A DNA stretch of 64,000 nt from Candidatus Latescibacterota bacterium (GTDB taxonomy: Bacteria; Latescibacterota; UBA2968; GCA-2709665), in assembly GCA_965248435.1 (NCBI GenBank), contig OZ252100.1, positions 3,104,001 to 3,168,000 of the forward strand, read 5' to 3'. Position 1 is the first letter of the stretch. Every line of letters starts with the position of its first letter. Made by a program: the position numbers and the translations under genes. Of this stretch, positions 1 to 7,930 are shown piece by piece. Below the pieces are notes generated by a model, which saw nothing but the letters and a program-made list of their open reading frames with translations, did no database searches and was not told where the DNA came from.

Positions 1-10
1 AGGATGCCAC

Positions 11-892
11 ATGAGTATTGCTGATTCGGTTGGGATTGATGACGACACGTTTGATGCCGTGAAGTACGCGCAGGAGATCGAGGTCCAGGGCTATACGATC
101 ATACCGGATACGTTGAGTGCGGATCAGGTTCGGGATTCGACAACGGCGATTCTCGAGGTCTACGAGCGTGAACGCGAAGTCGCGCGGAAGGTCGAGGGTC
201 AGACCGATCACGCCCTGGGCGTTCACCACCTGTTCGCGAAGCATCCGTACTTCGAGGAATTCTACAGGAATCCCAAGGTCACAGCGGTCTGCCGATGCGT
301 GCTTGGCGAAGATATGGTTGTGACCGAGACCCATGCGCGGTCGATTCTGCCGAGCAGCGGTCGGGAGGCAAGACGTGGCTTTCAAATACACGTGGATCGC
401 GAGGCGTTCAGCGTCCTGCCTTTCGAGGGCAGCTCACACCATTACCCTATGGCGGTCAACACGGCCTGGTTCCTGGTCGATTTCACCGAGGACAACGGTG
501 CGACCGTTGTCTGGCCCGGCACGCACAAGTTGAACCAGGTTCCAGACCCGGAAGCGGACCTATCGGATGTGCCACAGGCAAGAGCGGTCGGCCCGGCGGG
601 GTCGTGCGTCGTCTGGGACGCAGCGCTCTGGCACGCGAGCGGTAGAAACCACAGCGACCACGTCCGCCATTCCATCATTGGGTTTTATCACCGTAGGTGG
701 ATTCGGGGAACGATCAACGTTGAACACGTAATTCCGCCGCAGGTGCTGGACCGGATGTCGCCGGAGATGCATAGTTTGATCGGACTCTACGACTGGCCGC
801 CGGAATATTCCGAGGTCAAGAAACTGACGCCCGAGCAGATCGCAAACCTCACCCCGGAAGAAAGAGACATTCTCGGATTTATGATCTACTGA
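11..892 (+). CDS. PhyH-family Fe(II)/2-oxoglutarate dioxygenase
   Basis: QGYTII start motif, HVD...WHAS facial triad, NGATVVWPGTH, GSCVVWD. Confidence 0.9.
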   Translation: MSIADSVGIDDDTFDAVKYAQEIEVQGYTIIPDTLSADQVRDSTTAILEVYEREREVARKVEGQTDHALGVHHLFAKHPYFEEFYRNPKVTAVCRCVLGEDMVVTETHARSILPSSGREARRGFQIHVDREAFSVLPFEGSSHHYPMAVNTAWFLVDFTEDNGATVVWPGTHKLNQVPDPEADLSDVPQARAVGPAGSCVVWDAALWHASGRNHSDHVRHSIIGFYHRRWIRGTINVEHVIPPQVLDRMSPEMHSLIGLYDWPPEYSEVKKLTPEQIANLTPEERDILGFMIY

Positions 893-908
893 GTAGGGGA
901 CCTACAAC

Positions 909-1868
909 ATGCCGTTCAAGTACAGCCTCAATTGCGACACACTGCCGTGGGTCGGATACAATGTTCTGGAAACGCCGCAAGAGGTTCTTGAGGCCGCCGT
1001 AGAAGCTGGCTATGACGGAATCGACTTGCCTGGCGATCCGACGAGAATGGACGGCCGGCAGTGGCGGAAAATGGTCGAGGAGGTCGGCCTCGACGCGCCG
1101 GAGGTGCTGGCGGCCTGGGGTTATTATCATGCCGGTGAGGAGCGGAACCTGGCGAGTACGGACAGCGATAGCCGGCGAAGGGCCGTGCAGTATGCAAAGG
1201 ACACGGTTGATCTGGCCTCGGATGTGGGGGCGCGGTTCATCGAGATGTGCGCGGCGCAGCCCGCAGTCCCCGAGCTTCCGTTCCCTCGAGAACCCATCCA
1301 AACCCTGCGGCAAAACTTCCGTGAGTCCATCGTGGAAGTTTGCGGGCATGCCAGCGAGCGCGGGATCACCATACTCCTGGAACCTATAAATTGTTACGAG
1401 GGAATCCCAGGTGTGCTCACGACGATTTACGAGGCAATCAATTACATCAACGAGCTGAAACTGGACAACCTGGGCATTCAGCCCGACGTGTTTCATATGA
1501 ACATCGAGGAGGGGTCGATCCCGGATGCCCTGCGGGCGGCCGCCCCGCACATCAGGCATTTTCACCTGAATGAGACGAATCATTGCCGTCACGGAACGGG
1601 ACACGCCGATTACAAGGCGATCTTCAGGATTTTGAAATCGATTGGCTTTGACGGGTATCTGGCCACTTACATGCCCAGGACGACCCAGGAAATACTGCAA
1701 AGTGCGCCGGGAGACGCCTATGGGGCCGACACCGGGCAACCGCTCGATGAAAGTGTCAGGCCGGACCTGCTCCCAATCCTGAGGGGGATCCTCGGCTTTC
1801 TGAAGGAAATAGAAAGCGCGGTTGATTCGTCCAGGGAGATTTACGAAGCGGATGAGTCGAGGTACTAG
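909..1868 (+). CDS. sugar phosphate isomerase/epimerase (xylose-isomerase-like TIM barrel, tagatose-3-epimerase-like)
   Basis: LLEPIN, DVFHMNIEE and HFHLNE metal motifs. Confidence 0.85.
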   Translation: MPFKYSLNCDTLPWVGYNVLETPQEVLEAAVEAGYDGIDLPGDPTRMDGRQWRKMVEEVGLDAPEVLAAWGYYHAGEERNLASTDSDSRRRAVQYAKDTVDLASDVGARFIEMCAAQPAVPELPFPREPIQTLRQNFRESIVEVCGHASERGITILLEPINCYEGIPGVLTTIYEAINYINELKLDNLGIQPDVFHMNIEEGSIPDALRAAAPHIRHFHLNETNHCRHGTGHADYKAIFRILKSIGFDGYLATYMPRTTQEILQSAPGDAYGADTGQPLDESVRPDLLPILRGILGFLKEIESAVDSSREIYEADESRY

Positions 1869-1882
1869 CCCGGACGAAAGGG

Positions 1883-1910
1883 TTGACGGGCCCCTGCGTG
1901 TCAGTAAAGT
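1883..1910 (+). promoter_or_regulatory. possible sigma70 promoter
   Basis: TTGACG-16 nt-TAAAGT upstream of the PhyH gene at 1953. Confidence 0.35.
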
Positions 1911-1952
1911 TATTGGGTGAGCCCGTTTTCAGTCAGTACAATGAGGTATACG

Positions 1953-2786
1953 ATGGCAACGGCGGAACTGAGTTCAAGGCTAACCCCGGAAGAGGTCGCG
2001 CACTTTGAAACGTTTGGCTTCATCGTTTTGCGGGGGCTTTTCTCGCCGGAGGAGATAGAAGCGATCGGCCGTGAGTTCAATGAATTGACGGAGGAGGACC
2101 GGCAAGGGCAGCCGTTCAAGGGGGAGAAGCGGCAACAGGTCTACGGCTTCTGTGAGAGGCGGCCGCTGCTGATGCAGATCGTTGACGATGAACGCCTCTA
2201 CGAGCCGCTCGAACAGTTGCTGGGACCAAATTTTATGTTTTGGAGCTCGGTCGGTAACCTTTTTGTCGGGAACAAGAGCTGGCATCCCGATGGATCGCCG
2301 AGGTCTGAGGCAGAGTTTGACTACAATCGGGTCAAGGTTGGGTTCTATCTTGACCCTTTGCGGAAAGATACGGGGTGTTTGTGCGTATTCCCCGGCTCTC
2401 ACAAGAAGCCGTTTCATGACGAAATTATGCCTCAGCTCAATCGGCCGGACCGCAGCGTGAAGCCTTTCGGCGTTGGCGATGCGGATCTGCCGGCCTTCCC
2501 GCTGGAGACCGATCCCGGGGATGTGATACTCTTCAATCAGAATCTCTGGCACGCGTCGTTCGGTGGGGGGATCGGCCGCCGCATGCTGTCACTGAGCTAT
2601 TTCGCCAACCCGACGACGGAGGATCACATCGGCTACCTGCGGTGGAACTACACGAACGCTTTCAAGCATATGAAGGGGTGGTCCCATACCCAGAGGGACC
2701 ACGTGCACGAAGAGGCGTTTCTCAACAGCGATCGGCCGCGCATCAAGCGTATGGTGGCGGAGCTGGTGGAGCTTGGGCTTAAGTAG
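1953..2786 (+). CDS. PhyH-family dioxygenase
   Basis: FETFGFIVL, WHPD...WHAS; ATG 1953 has a GAGGT SD (ORF track starts at 1917). Confidence 0.9.
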   Translation: MATAELSSRLTPEEVAHFETFGFIVLRGLFSPEEIEAIGREFNELTEEDRQGQPFKGEKRQQVYGFCERRPLLMQIVDDERLYEPLEQLLGPNFMFWSSVGNLFVGNKSWHPDGSPRSEAEFDYNRVKVGFYLDPLRKDTGCLCVFPGSHKKPFHDEIMPQLNRPDRSVKPFGVGDADLPAFPLETDPGDVILFNQNLWHASFGGGIGRRMLSLSYFANPTTEDHIGYLRWNYTNAFKHMKGWSHTQRDHVHEEAFLNSDRPRIKRMVAELVELGLK

Positions 2787-2891
2787 AGGACATGGTACTG
2801 GGAAAACAAAACACGGGTACTGGGTACCGGGAAAGTCAAAATCGGGAATCACCGCAGAGACGCAGATGACGCAGAGAAAGGCAGGGAAGTC

Positions 2892-3836
2892 ATGTTGACA
2901 GATCAGCAACTCGCACACTTCAGGACGTTTGGATTCGTGATCCTGAAGGACCTGTTCACTGAGGAGGAATTGGAGACGCTCAACGCCGAATTCGACTACG
3001 CGGGTGAACGAGCTTCGAGCTATGACCCGTTCGACGGCAGCAAACGACACATTTTCAATTTCAGGGGCGAGGACGGACCCCTTTTTGTTTCTCTCACGGA
3101 AGACCCTAGATTTGCGGGCACTGCGGAACAGATCTACGGAGGCAATTTCTTTGCGACGAATTGTGCGGGCGGCATTCGGTTCGTGAACAAAGGGACCAAA
3201 TGGCACCCTGACACCGTTCACAAGGGCCAGCACGGCGTCAAGTTCGGGTTCTACCTCCAGCCGCTGCGCGCCGACAGCGGGGCGCTCAGGGTGATCCCCG
3301 GCTCGCACCTGGACCCCCTGCACAACGACCTGCGTGAAGTGCGGGCGAAGCAGAAGCTTGGAGGTGCGCACCCGGTCAAACAGGCCCTGGGTGGAGTGGA
3401 GAACGTCCCGTCGTACCCCTGTGAGACGGATCCCAGAGATGTCGTGGCCTTCGACCTTCGTCTCTGGCACGCCAGCTGGGGCGGTTTCGAAGACCGCAAG
3501 ATGTGCCAGGTCGTTTTCTACCACACTCCCGAGAACGCCGAAGAGATGGAGGCCACGCGATGGCAGCTCCTCATGAATATGGATCAGGACTATTCGGCGG
3601 CACCGTGGAATGACCCCGACCGGTTTCCGGGAGGCTGGCATTCGAACCCTGAGGGGAACCCCAAGCGGGCACGTTGGCTGAATCAGATGTGTGAGATCCG
3701 GGAGGCTAAGACCGGCCTGAGGGCGGAGATAACCGGCATGGACGCCACGCTCGTTCCGGATCCCGTGCAGGCGACCTACGCGAGCGAGCAGATTGCAGAA
3801 GCGGTGGAGAAAACGCCTATCTATAGAGAGGCATGA
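2892..3836 (+). CDS. PhyH-family dioxygenase (tandem copy 1)
   Basis: MLTDQQLAHFRTFGF, WHPD, GALRVIPGSH, WHAS. Confidence 0.9.
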   Translation: MLTDQQLAHFRTFGFVILKDLFTEEELETLNAEFDYAGERASSYDPFDGSKRHIFNFRGEDGPLFVSLTEDPRFAGTAEQIYGGNFFATNCAGGIRFVNKGTKWHPDTVHKGQHGVKFGFYLQPLRADSGALRVIPGSHLDPLHNDLREVRAKQKLGGAHPVKQALGGVENVPSYPCETDPRDVVAFDLRLWHASWGGFEDRKMCQVVFYHTPENAEEMEATRWQLLMNMDQDYSAAPWNDPDRFPGGWHSNPEGNPKRARWLNQMCEIREAKTGLRAEITGMDATLVPDPVQATYASEQIAEAVEKTPIYREA

Positions 3837-3890
3837 TGAAATGCGGATTACGGAGATTGGCCACACGCGTGCTGAGAAAGAGAGGTTGTC

Positions 3891-4835
3891 ATGTTGACAG
3901 AACAGCAGCTCGCGCACTTCAGGACCTTCGGATTCGTGATATTGAAAGACCTGTTCTCGCAGGAGGAAGTGGAGACCCTCAACGCGGAATTCGACAACGC
4001 GTGTGAACGTGCTTCGAGCTATGACCCGTTCGATGGTAGCAAACGACACATTTTCCGTTTCAGGGGCGAGGACGGGCCCTTCTTTGCCTCCTTGATGGAA
4101 GACTCGAGATTTGCCGGTGCTGCCGAACAGATCTACGGAGACGATGTCTTTGCCGTAAACTGTCCGGGTGGGATTCGTTTCGTGAATAAGGGGACCAAAT
4201 GGCACCCGGACACCGTTCACAAGAGCCAGTACGGAATCAAGTTTGGGTTCTACCTCCAGCCGCTGCGTGCCGACAGCGGTGCCCTGAGGGTGATCCCGGG
4301 CTCGCACCTGGACCCCCTGCACAGTGGCCTGCGCGACGTGCGGGCGAAACAAAAGCTGGGAGGTTCGCACCCGGTCAAGCAGGCTCTGGGTGGGGTGGAG
4401 AACGTTCCCTCCTACCCGTGCGAGACCGACCCCAGAGATGTATTGGCGTTCGACCTCCGTCTCTGGCACGCCAGCTGGGGTGGGTTCGAAGACAGGAAGA
4501 TGTGCGAGGCCGTTTTCTACCATTACCCCGAGAATGCCGAGGAGATGGAGGCAACGCGATGGCAGCTGATCATGAATGCGGACATCGACTATTCGGCTGC
4601 ACCGTGGGATGATCCGGAGCTGTGCCCGGGGGATTGGCACTCGAATCCCGACGGGGACCCCAAGCGGGCTCGTTGGCTGAATCAGATGCGGGAGATCCGG
4701 GAGGCAAAGACCGACCTTCGGGCGGAGATAACGGGTATGGACACCGAGCTCGTTCCGGATCCGGTGCAGGCGACCTACGCGAGCGAGCAGATTGCAGAAG
4801 CGGTGGAGAAAACGCCTATCTATAGAGAGGCATGA
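3891..4835 (+). CDS. PhyH-family dioxygenase (tandem copy 2)
   Basis: Same 314-aa length as 2892..3836 and highly similar; offset 999 bp. Confidence 0.9.
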   Translation: MLTEQQLAHFRTFGFVILKDLFSQEEVETLNAEFDNACERASSYDPFDGSKRHIFRFRGEDGPFFASLMEDSRFAGAAEQIYGDDVFAVNCPGGIRFVNKGTKWHPDTVHKSQYGIKFGFYLQPLRADSGALRVIPGSHLDPLHSGLRDVRAKQKLGGSHPVKQALGGVENVPSYPCETDPRDVLAFDLRLWHASWGGFEDRKMCEAVFYHYPENAEEMEATRWQLIMNADIDYSAAPWDDPELCPGDWHSNPDGDPKRARWLNQMREIREAKTDLRAEITGMDTELVPDPVQATYASEQIAEAVEKTPIYREA

Positions 4836-4915
4836 TGAAATGCAGATTGGGGATTTGGGATTGCGGACTGAGAAGCAGAACCGATGAATCCAAATTTAAG
4901 CAGAGGAGGTAGGAG

Positions 4916-5743
4916 ATGGCTATAGCGAAAGGATCGACAGAGCTGACTTCGGAGCAGGTTACGTATTTCGAGACGTTCGGCTACGTAGTGCTTCGGGAGC
5001 TGTTCTCCGCAGAGGAGATGGCGGGGATCAGTGAGGACTATGACGATGTGTTGACAGAGGACCGCGGGGGGAAGCCGTTCGAGGGGCCGAAGCGACAGCA
5101 GGTGATGGGCATCTGCGACATGCGGCCTCGGTTGTTTCAGCTGATCGATGATGATCGTACCTACGAACCGATCAAACAGCTGCTCGGGGAGAACTTCATC
5201 TTCCTGGGATCGGACGCCAGCCTCTTCGTAGGGAGCAAGAGCTGGCACCCGGATGGGTCCCCCAGGAATCAGGCGGAGTATGATTACATCAGAATCAAGG
5301 TCGCCTTTTATCTGGACTCTCTTGGAAGCGAAACAGGATGCCTGCGGGTGATTCCCGGATCGCACAAGAAGCCGTATCACGACACGATTATGCCCCAGAT
5401 GACGGAAGGAAAGTCGAATCCGTTCGGCGTCTCCATGGAGGCCCTTCCGGCCGTTCCGCTGGAGACCGAACCCGGAGATGTGATCTTCTTCGATCAGAAT
5501 ACGTGGCACGCGTCGGTCGGCGGGGAGACGGGGCGGCGGCAGATGACGCTGAACTTCGCGAATGACCCCACGGCGGAGGCCCACATCGATTACCTGAAAT
5601 GGACCTACAAGGGTGCCTTCGAGCATATGAAGGGGTGGTCCCATACGCAAAGGGATCAGCTTCACGGTGACGTGTTGCTGAACAGCGATCGGCCTCGGAT
5701 CCAGAAGATGATCGCGAAGAAGGTGGAGATGGGTTTGATATAG
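4916..5743 (+). CDS. PhyH-family dioxygenase
   Basis: WHPD, GCLRVIPGSH, WHAS; paralog of 1953..2786; AGGAGGTAGGAG SD. Confidence 0.9.
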   Translation: MAIAKGSTELTSEQVTYFETFGYVVLRELFSAEEMAGISEDYDDVLTEDRGGKPFEGPKRQQVMGICDMRPRLFQLIDDDRTYEPIKQLLGENFIFLGSDASLFVGSKSWHPDGSPRNQAEYDYIRIKVAFYLDSLGSETGCLRVIPGSHKKPYHDTIMPQMTEGKSNPFGVSMEALPAVPLETEPGDVIFFDQNTWHASVGGETGRRQMTLNFANDPTAEAHIDYLKWTYKGAFEHMKGWSHTQRDQLHGDVLLNSDRPRIQKMIAKKVEMGLI

Positions 5744-5813
5744 ACAAGAGCGAGTCAATTGCGGAATGCAGATTGGGGATTGCGGATTGACCCATGGACC
5801 AGCGGAGAAGAGC

Positions 5814-6645
5814 ATGACAACGGATGAGCGGACTACCGAGCTGACTCTGGAGCAGGTTACGTATTTCGAGACGTTCGGCTATGTCGTGCTGCAGGGGCTG
5901 TTTTCTCGCGAGGAGATGGCGGGGGTCAGTCAGGCGTATGACGATGTGATGGAGGAGGACCGCGGAGGAAAGCCCTTCGAGGGGCCAAAGCGCCAGCAGG
6001 TGCTGGGGATCTGCAGTATGCGGCCGTCCCTGATGAAGTTGATCGACGATGATCGTATCTATAGCCCGGTGAAGCAGCTTCTGGGACCGAATCTCATCTA
6101 CTTCATTTCTGACGCCACTCTGTTCGTGGGGAGCAAGAGCTGGCACCCCGACGGAGCACCCAGGAGCCAGGCGGAGTTAGACTATATGCGGATCCAAGGT
6201 CGCGTTCTATCTGGACCCCCTACGAAGCCTCACAGGCTGTCTGCGCGTGATTCCTGGCTCCCACAAGCAGCCGTTTCACGACGCGATTATGCCCCAGATG
6301 ACGGATGGAAAAGCGAACCCGTTCGGCGTCTCCATGGAGGGTCTCCCGGCAGTTCCGCTGGAAACAGATCCCGGCGATGTGATTTTCTTCGACCAGAACA
6401 CCTGGCACGCGTCGGTCGGCGGAGAAACCGGTCGGCGGCAGATGACGCTGAACTATTTCGCGGAGCCGACGACCGATGACCACGACGAGTACCTGAAGTG
6501 GATCTGGGGAGAAGGGGTCGTCAATCACATGAAGGCATCGTCGGGTACGCAGCGGGACCAGATCCACGGTGATGCGTTTCTCGGCAGCGAGCGACCTCGG
6601 ATCCGCGAGATGATTGAGAAGAAGGTGGAGCTAGGCTTGAGGTAG
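5814..6645 (+). pseudogene. PhyH-family dioxygenase, frameshifted (or sequencing error)
   Basis: Paralog of 4916..5743 split over two frames; extra C at 6194/6195 (atc-c-aag gtc gcg ttc tat vs atc aag gtc gcc ttt tat). Confidence 0.8.
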
Positions 6646-6783
6646 AGGCGGAGTCAGTCAATTGCGGATTGGGGATTGTGGATTGAAAAGCTGGATCACG
6701 AAAGGGCACGAAATCCCACGAAAAACACGAAGTTTGGGCGAACCTTGTGGTCGCCCAAACAAAAGAAAAGCCGGGTACTGAAC

Positions 6784-7815
6784 TTGAAGCCGTTCTTGAA
6801 GTCCAATGAGATTCTGAAAGATCGGGCGAAGCTTCGGAAGCGCGCGGAGCGGGACGGGTATCTCTTCTTCCGAGGGCTGCTCAAGGAAAAGCCCGTTCAT
6901 CGGGTTAGACGGGATTTCGCGCGTATCCTTCAGAGGCACGGTTGGCTGGATGATGGCACACCCACGACGGACGTGACATCCTCCAATGCAGGGTTCATAG
7001 AAGGATCCAAGGAGTCTCTGCCCGTCTTCTGCGAATTCCAGCGCCTCGAGTCCTTCCACACCTTTGCCCATTCGGCCGAAATCCTCAGCGTGTTGGACGA
7101 CCTGTTTGGAGAGCCGACGTTCGTACACCCGCAGAAGATCGGACGCATCAGTTTTCCCGCCAAATCTAACTACACGACGCCGGCGCATCAGGATTTCGTA
7201 CACATCCAGGGAACAGAGGCCTGCTGGACGGCGTGGATTCCGCTGGGAGACTGCCCGCGGAAACTGGGGGGTCTGGCCGTATTTCCCGGGTCTCAAAGAC
7301 TGGGGCTGCTCACCCTGCGGCGAGCGCTTGGCCCCGGGTCGAGCGGTGTGGACATGAGTAAGCTGGATGGCGAGTGGCGAGGCAGTGATTTTCGTGTGGG
7401 GGATGTGCTTTTCTTCAACAGCTTGACGATTCACAAGGCTATACCGAATACGACGGCCAACCGCGTTCGGCTTTCGGTGGACTACCGTTACCAGGGCATT
7501 TCGCAACCGCTCACCGAAAAGCAGCTTCTGCCGCACTCCGACCGGTTCCCCTGGGGGGTCGTCTACGAAGGGTGGAAGTCGAAGAAGTACCAGTACTACT
7601 GGAAGGATCTGCCCCTCAAAATGGTGTCGAACGATATGGGACTTTACCGGTTCGAAGATGGCGTCACGGACAAGGGGAAGAAGGTCAAGCGGACGTTCAA
7701 CCTGCCTGAGGAGTTGAGCAAGAAGCTCTCAAAACACTGTAAGGAGAGAGAGCAGTATCCGTCCAGGCTGGTCAGAGATCTGCTCAGCGATTATCTCGAG
7801 AAGAACAAGAAGTAG
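6784..7815 (+). CDS. PhyH-family dioxygenase with C-terminal ribbon-helix-helix-like domain
   Basis: RDGYLFFR, AHQD, IHKA, RLSVDYRYQ; tail KRTFNLPEELSKKL...SRLVRDLLSDYL. Start uncertain because the ORF-track start at 6676 lies in a repeat element. Confidence 0.8.
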   Translation: MKPFLKSNEILKDRAKLRKRAERDGYLFFRGLLKEKPVHRVRRDFARILQRHGWLDDGTPTTDVTSSNAGFIEGSKESLPVFCEFQRLESFHTFAHSAEILSVLDDLFGEPTFVHPQKIGRISFPAKSNYTTPAHQDFVHIQGTEACWTAWIPLGDCPRKLGGLAVFPGSQRLGLLTLRRALGPGSSGVDMSKLDGEWRGSDFRVGDVLFFNSLTIHKAIPNTTANRVRLSVDYRYQGISQPLTEKQLLPHSDRFPWGVVYEGWKSKKYQYYWKDLPLKMVSNDMGLYRFEDGVTDKGKKVKRTFNLPEELSKKLSKHCKEREQYPSRLVRDLLSDYLEKNKK

Positions 7816-7930
7816 CCTCCGTCAGTCTTTTCTGGAGAAATTAGTCGAACAAGCCTTACGTCCCTCTTCCCTCTTCCCTCTTTGGGAAGGGGGTGTGTTT
7901 TTTCGTCTCCCTCTTCGAAAGGGTTTATCC

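Noticed and set aside
2589-4640. 683-aa minus-strand ORF with an internal duplication
   Set aside because: Antisense shadow of the duplicated PhyH genes. The other long antisense ORFs (e.g. 30876..32144, 44977..46098) are rejected for the same reason.
1953-6645. Diversity-generating retroelement behind the PhyH variants
   Set aside because: No reverse transcriptase in the window; differences between copies are gene-wide and not adenine-specific.
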